From NCBI GenBank assembly GCA_963827235.1, contig CAWHAE010000009.1, positions 992,001 through 1,056,000 of the forward strand: 64,000 bases of DNA, in the 5' to 3' direction. This stretch comes from an uncultured bacterium (GTDB lineage Bacteria > Chloroflexota > UBA5177 > JANWHV01). This document shows, piece after piece, positions 11,565 through 21,251 of this stretch (position 1 is the stretch's first letter; every line of letters begins with the position of its first letter). Made by a program: the position numbers and the translations under genes. Under the pieces are notes generated by a model, which saw only the letters and a list, made by a program, of their open reading frames with translations, did no database searches and was not told the origin of the DNA.

Positions 11565-11653
11565 GCTTGTCCACCGGCTCCCAGGAGTTCACTCAAGAAG
11601 ACAGCGCCGGCAACCCATCCACGGCACGGTGCCGGCGCGAGTTGAGGCACAGG

Positions 11654-12616
11654 ATGCAGAAGGCAGTTGATAACGGCCCGGACCCCGGCGCCCCGGGCAG
11701 GCACGTGGCGGTGTTGCACGCACGGCAGCATCGCTCTTTCCTGGCCCGGTTGGGGGGAGCGGCATTCCCGTACATTCTGACGCTGCCGCTGGTCGTGATC
11801 ATCGTGGTGCTGGCCCTCTATCCGACCTGGATGACCCTGAGCCAGTCGTTCTACCGGGTCAACCCGCTCGATCCGCCCGAGCGCTTCATCGGGCTGCAGA
11901 ACTACGCGGATATTCTCTCCAACCCGGACGTCACCAACGCGTGGGCAAACACCTTCTACTACGCGCTGTTCGGCGTGACGCTCACCACGCTGGTGGGGCT
12001 GGTGATGGCACTGGCTCTACGGCGTGCGTTCCCCGGACGCGGCCTGGTACTGGCCGCGATGATTCTGCCGTGGGCACTGCCTGGGATCGTGGAAGGCATC
12101 ATATGGAACTGGATTTACGATCCCACGTTCGGCGTTCTGAACAGCGTGCTATATCAGCTCCATGTAATTCCGCAGTACCAGCTCTGGATCTCGGGACACC
12201 GGGTGGTGTCGATATTCTTCATCGACGTCGTGCAGGTGTGGCAGGTCGCCCCGCTGGCCGCGATATTGATGCTGGCCAGCCTGCAGAATATTCCCGACGA
12301 CCTCCATGATGCGGCCTCGATCGACGGAGCCGGCCGCTGGGGGGAGCTCTGGTCGATCACCATACCGCTGATCCGTCCCGGCATCGCCATCGCGGTCATC
12401 CAGGCACTCATTGCTTCTCTAAATATCTTCGACCAGGTATATGTCCTCAACGGCAACGCGACGACGAGCATATCCGTGATGATGCAGACCTACATGATTG
12501 CCTTCCAGAACCTCAACTTCGGCCAGGGCTACGCGATCTCCTTCATGCTCACGGCGCTCACCATGCTGATCTCGGTGTTCGCGCTTCGCTTCATCTACAG
12601 AAAGGTGGAGTATTAG
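11654..12616 (+). CDS. Sugar ABC transporter permease (MalF-type)
   Basis: Six TM segments, ILPWALP and the EAA loop DAASIDGAG. Confidence 0.92.
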   Translation: MQKAVDNGPDPGAPGRHVAVLHARQHRSFLARLGGAAFPYILTLPLVVIIVVLALYPTWMTLSQSFYRVNPLDPPERFIGLQNYADILSNPDVTNAWANTFYYALFGVTLTTLVGLVMALALRRAFPGRGLVLAAMILPWALPGIVEGIIWNWIYDPTFGVLNSVLYQLHVIPQYQLWISGHRVVSIFFIDVVQVWQVAPLAAILMLASLQNIPDDLHDAASIDGAGRWGELWSITIPLIRPGIAIAVIQALIASLNIFDQVYVLNGNATTSISVMMQTYMIAFQNLNFGQGYAISFMLTALTMLISVFALRFIYRKVEY

Positions 12617-13477
12617 GTGAGCACTCGACTGTGGCGTTACGTCCGGCGGCTGGTAATCGGCATGATCGTCTTCTGGTCTGTTTTCCCGGTGTACTGGGCC
12701 CTGAACACGAGTCTGATGAACAGCGACGCCGCCTCGGACGTGCCGGCGCACTACGTGCCTTACCCGATAACGCTCACCAACTACTCCCACCTTCTTGGCA
12801 TCGTCTCAGACCCGGCGAACGCGTCGAACAACTTGTGGCCCGAGTTCAGCCAGACGCTCGGCAACTCGGTGATCGAATGCGTCTCCGCGACGGTGTTGAC
12901 GGTGATCATCGCCATCTTCAGCGCGTACACGTTTGCCCGTATGCAGTTCCGCTTCAAGAACGTGATCTTCTACACGGTGATCGCGACGCTGGCGCTGCCG
13001 GCATACGCGACCTTGATACCGCTGTACCGGATCCTCGGCGACGCGGGCCTGGTCAACACGTACACGGGCATCGTGCTGGTCTACGTCTCCGGGTTTTTGC
13101 CGCTGGCCATGTGGATCATGTACAGCTACTTCCAGGGCATTCCGCTGGCCCTCGAGGAGGCGGCGCTCATCGACGGGACGTCGAGGATCGGCGTGCTGTT
13201 CCGCATCATGATCCCCGTGGGCATGCCGGGCATCACGGCAACGGCGATCATCACATTCCTGTCGGCCTGGGGTCAATTTCTCTTTCCCCTCGTTCTCGCC
13301 TCGGACATGTCCACGCAGCCGTTGACGATCATGATCACCTCGTTGCAGGGTCAGCACATCGTGCCATACACGTTGATCAACGCCACGGGTATCCTGTGCA
13401 TTCTGGTGCCGGCCGTGATCGTCATCTTCCTGAACCGCTACATCATCAGCGGCATGTTGGCCGGCAGCGTGAAGTAG
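12617..13477 (+). CDS. Sugar ABC transporter permease (MalG-type)
   Basis: EEAALIDG EAA motif; C-terminal GMLAGSVK. Confidence 0.93.
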   Translation: MSTRLWRYVRRLVIGMIVFWSVFPVYWALNTSLMNSDAASDVPAHYVPYPITLTNYSHLLGIVSDPANASNNLWPEFSQTLGNSVIECVSATVLTVIIAIFSAYTFARMQFRFKNVIFYTVIATLALPAYATLIPLYRILGDAGLVNTYTGIVLVYVSGFLPLAMWIMYSYFQGIPLALEEAALIDGTSRIGVLFRIMIPVGMPGITATAIITFLSAWGQFLFPLVLASDMSTQPLTIMITSLQGQHIVPYTLINATGILCILVPAVIVIFLNRYIISGMLAGSVK

Positions 13478-13488
13478 CGAGACTGGAA

Positions 13489-13573
13489 GCCTCCGGCTGC
13501 GGTCGGATGAGCGGGGGCACACTGTACCTCCAACTGCGGTCGAATGGCCGGGACGGGGCCGGCTGCGGCCGGG
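13489..13573. repeat. REP-like hairpin repeat cluster, copy 1
   Basis: GCCTCCGGCTGCGGTCGGATG and CCTCCAACTGCGGTCGAATGG followed by GGGCCGGCTGCGGCCGG, between convergent genes; related to 43067-43238, 50865-50926 and 52212-52256. Confidence 0.65.
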
Positions 13574-13739
13574 TGTGTGATTCTGCCCGCGTTTGTTCCG
13601 TGGCGAAGCCAAGGTGGGATGCCCACGCGTGGACGCGGGTCTACACTTGCCCGGCAGTGAGGCTCCTCGAGATTCAGCTCGAGGAGCCTCACGGCGTCAA
13701 TCCGGCGGTGGCGGATGTGGATCCGGACGCGGTGCCGCT

Positions 13740-15899
13740 TTAGGTCAACGGGGCGAGCAGCTCGCGGTAGACCGGGATGGGCCAGAGGTCGGCGGCCGTG
13801 GTCTCCTCAAGCTGGTCGAGCACGGTGCGCAGGCACTCCTGTGCCTGGCGGACGGCAGTGCCGAACGCCTCGGTGCGGGCGGGCAGCGCTTCCAACGCTT
13901 CGGCCTCGGCGAGGGCGGTCTTGAGCGCCACCAGCCGGTCCTGGGCGGTGCCCGCCAGGCAGGCCTGGGCGTGCAGCGCGGCCTTGAGAGATGCCGGAGC
14001 TTGCACGCCGGCTTGCTCCAGCTTGGCGAGCGCGGAGGCGCGGCGTCGCAGGTCTTCGATCACCGCGGGCAGGATCAAGGTCTCTCCCATCTGGCGCAGC
14101 ACCTGAGCCTCGATGGAGATGGCCTTCTGGTACTGCTCGTGGTGAATGTGGATGCGTGAGGCCACTTCCTCAGCGCTGAAGATGCCCTGGCGGATGAGAA
14201 CCGCCTGCGAGGCCGGCTCCTCGTAGATCTTGAGGGCAGCGACGGTGTCCCTGGCATGGGGCAAGCCGCGCCGCTCTGCCTCTTGTATCCACTCCTCGGC
14301 GTAGCCGTTGCCCTCGAAGCGGACGGCCTTTGTCTCCGTGATGGCCTTGCGAATGACGTCGATCACCGCCACGTCGCGGGCGGTACCGGCGGCAAGCCGC
14401 GCCGACAACTGGGCGTTCAGCTCGTCCAGGGCTTCAGCCATGGCCGCGTTGAGCATGGTCAGTGGCCGCGCGATCGGCTGGCTGCTGCCCACGGCACGAA
14501 ATTCGAACTTGTTGCCCGTGAAGGCGAAGGCGCCGGTACGGTTCCGGTCCGTGGCATCCTTGAGCACCTGGGGCAGATTTGCCAGCTCGAGATTCAACGT
14601 TCGCTTGCCGCGCTCGTCCACGACGTCGCCTGTTTCGACGGCGTCGAGCACGCGATTGAGCTGTTCGCCCAAGTAGACCGACATGATCGCCGGCGGGGCT
14701 TCGTTGGCGCCCAGGCGATGGTCGTTGCCCGCCGAGGCGATGGCGGCGCGCAGCAAGCCGCCGTGACGGTGCATTGCCTTCAGACAGGCGACGAGGAAGT
14801 AGAGGAACTGCAGATTCTCCTGCGGTGATTGGCTGGGCTCGAAGAGATTGTGGCCTTCGTCGGTGGCGAGGCTCCAGTTCAGGTGCTTGCCGCTGCCGTT
14901 GATGCCTGCGAAGGGTTTCTCGTGGAGCAGCGCGGCAAGGTGATGGCGCTCGGCCACGGTGGTCATGATCTCCATGAGCATCTGGTTGTGATCGAAGGCC
15001 ACGGCAGCATGCTCGTAGATGGGCGCGATCTCGAACTGATTCGGGGCGACCTCATTGTGGCGGGTCTTCACCGGGATGCCCAGCTTGTAGGCCTCCAGCT
15101 CCACCTCCTGCATGTAGGCCAGGACGCGCTCCTTGATGCTGCCGAAGTAGTGGTCTTCCAGCTCCTGGCCTTTGGGAGGGCGGGCGCCCTGGAGGGTCCG
15201 GTTGGCGAATAGCAGGTCGGGACGCTGCTGGGCGAGGGACAGATCCACCAGGAAATATTCCTGCTCGGGACCGCACTGCGCGGTGACGCGGGAGGCCCTG
15301 CTGCCGAGGACGGCCAGGGCCGCGAGAGCTGCCTTGTTCACCACCTCGATCGAGCGCAAGAGGGGCAGCTTGTAGTCGAGTGCCTCGCCGTTGTAGCCGA
15401 TGAAGGCGGTGGGAATGCACAGCGTGCTGCCCAGGGGACCTTCCTTAATAAAGGCGGGGCTGGCAGGGTCCCACATTGTATAGCCACGGGCCTCGAACGT
15501 GGCCCGTAGACCGCCGCTGGGGAAGGAACTAGCATCGGGCTCACCCTGGGTCAACTGGCTGCCCGAGAAGCGCTCGATCACGGTGCCGGGCTCGCTCCAG
15601 GCGATGAAGGCATCGTGCTTCTCGGCGGTGGCTCCGGTGAGCGGGGCGAACCAGTGCGTGAAGTGCGTGACGCCGCGGTCGATGGCCCATTCCTTCATTG
15701 CCTGGGCGACGCCATTGGCCACGGCCGGAGAGAGGGAAGTGCCCTGTTTCAAGCACTCTCTGAATGCCTGGTAGGTGTCTCCGGGAAGCCGCTCACGGGC
15801 GGTTTCCTCATTGAAGGTGTTGCTGCCAAAATACCGGCTGACTTTCGCCTGGTCCAGCCTCTTGATCTGCTGGCCATCGAGCTGTTCCGCTGCAACCAT
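13740..15899 (-). CDS. glnN: Glutamine synthetase type III
   Basis: THFTHWF.PLTG.TAEKHD, GEPDASSFPSGGLRATFEARGY, HNEVAP.QFE, HEKPFAGINGSGKH, NDHRLGANEAPP, FEFRAVGS motifs; RBS before MVAAE. Confidence 0.96.
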   Translation of the reverse strand: MVAAEQLDGQQIKRLDQAKVSRYFGSNTFNEETARERLPGDTYQAFRECLKQGTSLSPAVANGVAQAMKEWAIDRGVTHFTHWFAPLTGATAEKHDAFIAWSEPGTVIERFSGSQLTQGEPDASSFPSGGLRATFEARGYTMWDPASPAFIKEGPLGSTLCIPTAFIGYNGEALDYKLPLLRSIEVVNKAALAALAVLGSRASRVTAQCGPEQEYFLVDLSLAQQRPDLLFANRTLQGARPPKGQELEDHYFGSIKERVLAYMQEVELEAYKLGIPVKTRHNEVAPNQFEIAPIYEHAAVAFDHNQMLMEIMTTVAERHHLAALLHEKPFAGINGSGKHLNWSLATDEGHNLFEPSQSPQENLQFLYFLVACLKAMHRHGGLLRAAIASAGNDHRLGANEAPPAIMSVYLGEQLNRVLDAVETGDVVDERGKRTLNLELANLPQVLKDATDRNRTGAFAFTGNKFEFRAVGSSQPIARPLTMLNAAMAEALDELNAQLSARLAAGTARDVAVIDVIRKAITETKAVRFEGNGYAEEWIQEAERRGLPHARDTVAALKIYEEPASQAVLIRQGIFSAEEVASRIHIHHEQYQKAISIEAQVLRQMGETLILPAVIEDLRRRASALAKLEQAGVQAPASLKAALHAQACLAGTAQDRLVALKTALAEAEALEALPARTEAFGTAVRQAQECLRTVLDQLEETTAADLWPIPVYRELLAPLT

Positions 15900-16131
15900 A
15901 CGCCCCTCCGAAAGAGCTTGGAGTGGAACTCGGCAAGATCCGTGGCTTCGCGTATACAAACGGAAGTGCCACGTACCCGCTCTAGGGTACACGCCGCTTG
16001 CCCTCTCGACCAGGGACAGCGCGCGCAGTGCGGGCCGGCGCAACGGCCGGTGCCAGCGACCGACTATTGTCCCTTAATCGCTGGCCCATCCAGCCCTGCC
16101 GCAGCCCCATCGTGGTGAGCTATCCTTCTCA

Positions 16132-16169
16132 TTGACCGAAGTGTCAACCAGTATTAATGTCAGCATTAA
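16132..16169. promoter_or_regulatory. Two adjacent palindromes between the divergent glnN and NRAMP genes
   Basis: TTGAC-N6-GTCAA (16132-16147) and TTAATG-N4-CATTAA (16154-16169) in an AT-rich patch. Confidence 0.5.
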
Positions 16170-16208
16170 CCAAGGCTGACGGGACGGGGTAGCGGGAAAG
16201 GCCAAGCC

Positions 16209-17474
16209 GTGGCGGTGCAGGAGCTGGTACGCGGGCACGGGCGGGCGCGCGCGACTGGTCGCTGTCTCTGCTGGCTGGGGGTGCTCGGCCCAGGCGTCAT
16301 GGTCATGCTGGCCGACACGGACGCGGGAAGCGTGATCACGGCAGCGCAATCTGGAGCCCAGTGGGGCTACAGTCTCCTGCTGCCGCAGCTGCTGCTCATC
16401 CCTATCCTCTTCGGCATCCAGGAAGTCACCGTACGCCTGGGCGTGGTGACGCGCCGAGGACACGGCACGCTGATTCGCGAGCGCTTCGGCTTCGGCTGGG
16501 CCCTGCTTTCGGCGGCTACGCTGTTCGTGGCCTGCATGGGTGCCATCGTGACCGAGTTCTCGGGCATCGGCGGCGCCGGCGAGCTATTCGGCCTGCCTCG
16601 CGAGTTGACGGTGGGTGCCAGCGTGCTGCTGTTGCTTGCCGTGGCTTTCTCCGGCAGCTACCGGCGGGCCGAGCGCGTGGGGATCGCGCTAGGCGCGCTC
16701 GAGCTGCTGTTCATCCCGGCGGCGCTGCTGGTACATCCCAAGAGCACGGCGGTGGTACACGGGATGACGAACCTGCCGCTGGGTAATCATGCCTATGTGT
16801 ACCTGCTCGCCGCCAACGTCGGAGCCGTGATCATGCCCTGGATGGTCTTCTTCCAGCAGGGCGCGGTGGTAGACAAGGGCCTCCGGCGCGTCGATCTGGT
16901 GATGAGCCGCTGGGACACGCTGCTAGGCTCGATCGCGACGCAGCTGATCATGGGCGCAGTGGTTGTGGCTTCGGCGGCGACCTTTGCGGTGCGTGGCAGC
17001 CATGCCTCACTGGACACCGTGGGATCGATCGCCCACTCACTGGCGCCGTTTCTGGGCTGGGACGGTGCACGCATCTTCTTCGGCCTGGGCCTGGTCGGCG
17101 CCTCGTTCGTGGCCGCCCTGGTGGTCTCCCTGGCCGGCGCCTGGGGGGTCAGCGAGGTGTTTGGCTGGCGCCACAGCCTGAACGACCCGGTGCCGCACGC
17201 GCGCCACTTCTACTGGCTCTACGCGACGGCAGTGATCGGCGGCGCGGCGCTGGTGCTATGCACGCGGAACCTGGTCAACCTGGCCGTGGACGTGGAGATT
17301 ATGAACGCCATGCTGCTGCCGATCGTGCTGGGCTTCCTGCTCGTGCTGGAGGCGAAGGCGCTACCGCCGGCGGACCGCATGCGTGGGCTGCACCGCCTCG
17401 GTGTGTGGGGCAGCGCGGCCGTGGTCTGCGGCCTGGGCCTGTACATCTTCGCCGCCACGGTGCTTGGCGTCTGA
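16209..17474 (+). CDS. NRAMP-family divalent metal transporter (Mg/Mn-type, DxDAG subfamily)
   Basis: LGPG..MLADTDAGS, QEVTVRLG and ANVGAVIMPWM motifs; about 11 TM segments. Confidence 0.9.
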   Translation: MAVQELVRGHGRARATGRCLCWLGVLGPGVMVMLADTDAGSVITAAQSGAQWGYSLLLPQLLLIPILFGIQEVTVRLGVVTRRGHGTLIRERFGFGWALLSAATLFVACMGAIVTEFSGIGGAGELFGLPRELTVGASVLLLLAVAFSGSYRRAERVGIALGALELLFIPAALLVHPKSTAVVHGMTNLPLGNHAYVYLLAANVGAVIMPWMVFFQQGAVVDKGLRRVDLVMSRWDTLLGSIATQLIMGAVVVASAATFAVRGSHASLDTVGSIAHSLAPFLGWDGARIFFGLGLVGASFVAALVVSLAGAWGVSEVFGWRHSLNDPVPHARHFYWLYATAVIGGAALVLCTRNLVNLAVDVEIMNAMLLPIVLGFLLVLEAKALPPADRMRGLHRLGVWGSAAVVCGLGLYIFAATVLGV

Positions 17475-17642
17475 CCACGCACGGAGGCGTTCAGGAGCCC
17501 GAGCTTGGGCCGGACGCGCGTTGCACACATGCCCGAGGCGGGAGGTGTCCGCGGCGGCCGCACGGCGAGCGTCGCGGCAGCGGCCAGAGAAGCTTGTCCC
17601 TTCTTGTGAGTAGCCGGCAGACGGAGACTGCGCGGATCGCGT

Positions 17643-18563
17643 ATGGTACTTCACAGCCCGCACGCGACGCCAGAGTGTGACGTGACCGGCGCGGGACGAA
17701 CGGAGCGCCTCGAGTTGCAAGCGATACCAAGCAGACCGGCCAGCCTGAAGCCGCCCCTCAAGTGGGCGGGAGGAAAGCGCTGGCTGGTGCCGCACCTGCA
17801 GCCGTACTGGCAGGCGCACCGGCAGAGGCGGCTCGTCGAGCCGTTCGTGGGCGGACTGGCGGTTACGCTCGGGCTTCTGCCGGAACGGGCTCTGCTCAAC
17901 GACATCAATCCCCACCTGATCTCCTTCTATCGCCGGCTGCGGCAGGGACTCAATCTCACGATCGAGATGGACAACGATGCGGAATTGTATTACCGGCAGC
18001 GGGCGCGGTTCAACGAGCTGATCGGCGGCGGCCAGCAGGATGGTGAGGAAGCCGCACAACTGTTCCTGTTCCTGAACCGATCGTCCTACAACGGACTATG
18101 CCGCTTCAACAAGAGGGGTACATTCAACGCGCCTTTCGGCCGCTACAAGACGATCAGCTTTCCCAAGGATTTGAGTGCTTACCGCGAGGCACTACAACCG
18201 TGGTCGTTTACCTGCACGCCATTCGATCAGATCGAGCTACAGGCGGACGACTTCGTCTATGCCGATCCGCCGTACGACGTGCAGTTCACGGCCTACTCGC
18301 GCGAGCGCTTCGGCTGGGAGGAGCAGAGGCGACTGGCCGAGTGGCTCACGCAGCACAAGGGGCCGGTGATTCTGTCGAACCAGGCGACGCCGCGCATCGT
18401 GGCGCTGTACGAGAGTCTGGGCTACGACACGAGCTTGCGTCTGCAGGCACCGCGGATGATCAGCTGCACGGGCGATCGCACGCGTGCCGAGGAGGTGGTG
18501 GCGACGCGAAACTTGCCCAGGCCGGTCGATATGCCGACAACGCGGTCTGCCCGTTCCGACTAG
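17643..18563 (+). CDS. Dam-family (D12 class) N6-adenine DNA methyltransferase, no adjacent endonuclease
   Basis: PLKWAGGK, EPFVGG, LNDIN, YNGLCRFN, YADPPY motifs; start uncertain (GTG near 17682 possible). Confidence 0.92.
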   Translation: MVLHSPHATPECDVTGAGRTERLELQAIPSRPASLKPPLKWAGGKRWLVPHLQPYWQAHRQRRLVEPFVGGLAVTLGLLPERALLNDINPHLISFYRRLRQGLNLTIEMDNDAELYYRQRARFNELIGGGQQDGEEAAQLFLFLNRSSYNGLCRFNKRGTFNAPFGRYKTISFPKDLSAYREALQPWSFTCTPFDQIELQADDFVYADPPYDVQFTAYSRERFGWEEQRRLAEWLTQHKGPVILSNQATPRIVALYESLGYDTSLRLQAPRMISCTGDRTRAEEVVATRNLPRPVDMPTTRSARSD

Positions 18564-18833
18564 TCTGCTGCGTCGAGACCGATTGCCGTGCTTGCTCTGC
18601 TGCATGCATCCTCCGCACTCGTTGGGCGTGGGCCTCCCTTGTTGTAGGACGAGTGCGATCAGCGCCTCGATCACGCCGGTTTTGCACTTGCGCATTGATT
18701 CGCGCGTGCCGTGATCCAGATCGCCGTTGTATTTCTCTACACCGGAGCGCTACGCCCACGCGGCATCGAAGCGCGCATGCGGGTTCTCTGCCGCGAGAAT
18801 TGACGACTGACTAAAGAACGGCCATGTCTTGGT

Positions 18834-19334
18834 TTGGCAATGAGAGGACTCGAAAAAGACCCATTGCCTTTTGTGGTACCGTACTACAACATCGTAGCGA
18901 TGGCGATTCATGCCGAGCCGGGTCTGACGTGGGAGATGGTGGAGATTGTCAAGGAAGGCAAGGACCTGCCCTTCCACCATGTGACCATGGACGAGGGCTC
19001 TGGGCGGAACACCGCGTCCCTGGATCGGGTTGCCGGAGCGCTGCTCATCCACCAGGCCCAGGGGTCCCACGACACCGCGGCGTGGCCTGACGGCGCTACG
19101 CCGCCGGCCAACCCGGTGGCGGACAGGCGGCTGATCGACTCGCCTCCGCCGAAACGGGTGGATCGCGTAGCCGGCGAACATGCGTCTCTAGCATGCTGGC
19201 GCCAGACGATCAAGGAAAGCACCAACGGGCTGATCGGTAGTCGGCCGGCGCGGCGTCGCCGACCGACCCGGCGATCCATGCACCCGACCTCCTCACCCTG
19301 TACTGCCATTACAACTCAAGAGGACGAGGCATGA
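18834..19334 (+). CDS. Hypothetical protein or gene fragment
   Basis: ORF with protein-like central part, overlapping the next start (ATGA); no motif recognised. Confidence 0.3.
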   Translation: MAMRGLEKDPLPFVVPYYNIVAMAIHAEPGLTWEMVEIVKEGKDLPFHHVTMDEGSGRNTASLDRVAGALLIHQAQGSHDTAAWPDGATPPANPVADRRLIDSPPPKRVDRVAGEHASLACWRQTIKESTNGLIGSRPARRRRPTRRSMHPTSSPCTAITTQEDEA

Positions 19335-21241
19335 ACCACCTGCAGCTTCAGAACATTCTTGCACAGATAAGAAGGCTCAAAGTCGGTATCATCGGCGACT
19401 TCTGCCTTGATGCCTACTGGATCATCGATGAGAACCGGCGTGAGCCCTCGCTCGAAACCGGCATTCCGACAACACCAATAACAACGCAGCGGTACTCCCT
19501 CGGCGGCGCCGGCAACGTCGCGAGCAACCTCGTGGCGATGGGCGTAGACATCGTACTGGCGTTCGGAATTATCGGAAACGATCCCTTCGGCGTCGAGATG
19601 CTACGGGTCATGGAACAGACAGGAAGCATTGAGACCCACGGCATGGTTGTTCAGGACAACCAGTGGTCTACCAACGTCTACATTAAGCCCTACCTCAATG
19701 CAAACGAACAGAGCCGTATCGATTTTGGCGGTGCAAACTGCCTGGCTCGGTCAGCCGCCGATTCATTGCTAAATAGGATCGAGGATGCAATAGCAGCCCT
19801 GGACGTCGTGCTCATCAATCAGCAGGTTACCGGTACAATCGACGATGCGTATCTGCGGACCAAACTTGTTAACCTCATTGCACGCAACCCTACTACGATG
19901 TTCCTTGTTGACAGCCGAAGCTTCAGCGATGCATTCGATGGCACATGCCGCAAGCTGAACGATCTGGAAGCGGCAGCGTTGTGCGGCATAAAGAAGAACC
20001 CCGGCGACACTATCCTCTATTCCGAAGTCATCGAAGCCGCGTCCCAGCTGCACCGGCGATGGAAGAAGCCCATGTTCATCACACGGGGCGCCCGGGGATG
20101 TATTGCAGTCGACAGCACCGGAAGGTGCCACGAGATACAGGGCCTCTTGACTCTCTCCCGGATCGACACAGTAGGCGCCGGTGACAGCTTTCTTGCAGGA
20201 GCGGCTTCGGCACTTGCGGTCGGTTGCGATATGGCTGAGGCGGCTGAGCTAGGGAACATCGTCGCAGGCGTTACGGTGCAAAAGTTACTTCAGACCGGTA
20301 CGGCCACTCCCGCTGAGATTCTCGCGATAGGCAGAGACCCCGACTACATCTACAGACCGGAACTCGCCGCCGATGTTCGTGGCGCGCACTATCTCGAAGG
20401 CACTGAGATCGAGATAATCAGCCCGCCGGCTGCCAACCTCACAGTCAGACATGCAATCTTCGATCATGACGGAACAATTTCCACACTCCGAGAAGGATGG
20501 GAAGGCATCATGGAGCCGATGATGCTGCGCGCCGTCCTGGGATCAAGGTACTTTGATGCCGATGTGGCACTCCTTGATAAGGTAAGACTTCGGGTAAAGG
20601 ACTATATCGACAAGACTACAGGTATACAGACTTTGGTCCAGATGAAAGGGCTTGTCGGTATCATCCAGGAGTTCGGCTGTGTGCCCCAGGATCAGATGCT
20701 TGATGAGTTTGGGTACAAGAGAATCTACAATGACGAGTTGCTGAACGTCGTACGAGAACGAGAAGGAAAGCTGGAAAGGCAGGAGTTGTCTGTTGACGAC
20801 TTCACAGTAAAGAACGCCGTTCGACTGCTTCGCCACCTTTACGATAGAGGCGTTCGGTTGTATCTGGCAAGTGGTACCGATGAGGAGGACGTAAGGCGCG
20901 AGGCAAGGATACTCGGATATGATCACTTCTTTGAGGGTAGGATATACGGCGCTGTGGGTGACATCGCAAAGGAAGCAAAGAAGCTTGTGCTAGAAAGGAT
21001 TCTTCAGGATATTGGGCCCGAATCGGCGAGGAACATCGTGACGTTCGGCGATGGGCCTGTTGAGATCCGTGAGACTGTGAAGCGCGGAGGCTTCACTATC
21101 GGGGTCGCAAGTGATGAAGTCAAACGATTCGGACTGAACATGAAGAAGAGGGAGCGATTGATCAGAGCCGGCGCATCGGTGATCGTTCCGGACTTTTCTC
21201 AGCTATCCTCATTGCTCTCGCTTATTGGCATCACGCTATAG
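19331..21241 (+). CDS. PfkB/RfaE(HldE)-like sugar kinase fused to a HAD-family phosphatase
   Basis: IGDFCLD, LGGAGNVASN and DTVGAGD (PfkB); C-terminal IFDHDGT, LASGT and FGDG (HAD); visibly lower GC than flanks. Confidence 0.9.
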   Translation: MNHLQLQNILAQIRRLKVGIIGDFCLDAYWIIDENRREPSLETGIPTTPITTQRYSLGGAGNVASNLVAMGVDIVLAFGIIGNDPFGVEMLRVMEQTGSIETHGMVVQDNQWSTNVYIKPYLNANEQSRIDFGGANCLARSAADSLLNRIEDAIAALDVVLINQQVTGTIDDAYLRTKLVNLIARNPTTMFLVDSRSFSDAFDGTCRKLNDLEAAALCGIKKNPGDTILYSEVIEAASQLHRRWKKPMFITRGARGCIAVDSTGRCHEIQGLLTLSRIDTVGAGDSFLAGAASALAVGCDMAEAAELGNIVAGVTVQKLLQTGTATPAEILAIGRDPDYIYRPELAADVRGAHYLEGTEIEIISPPAANLTVRHAIFDHDGTISTLREGWEGIMEPMMLRAVLGSRYFDADVALLDKVRLRVKDYIDKTTGIQTLVQMKGLVGIIQEFGCVPQDQMLDEFGYKRIYNDELLNVVREREGKLERQELSVDDFTVKNAVRLLRHLYDRGVRLYLASGTDEEDVRREARILGYDHFFEGRIYGAVGDIAKEAKKLVLERILQDIGPESARNIVTFGDGPVEIRETVKRGGFTIGVASDEVKRFGLNMKKRERLIRAGASVIVPDFSQLSSLLSLIGITL

Positions 21242-21251
21242 GAGCCTTGCT

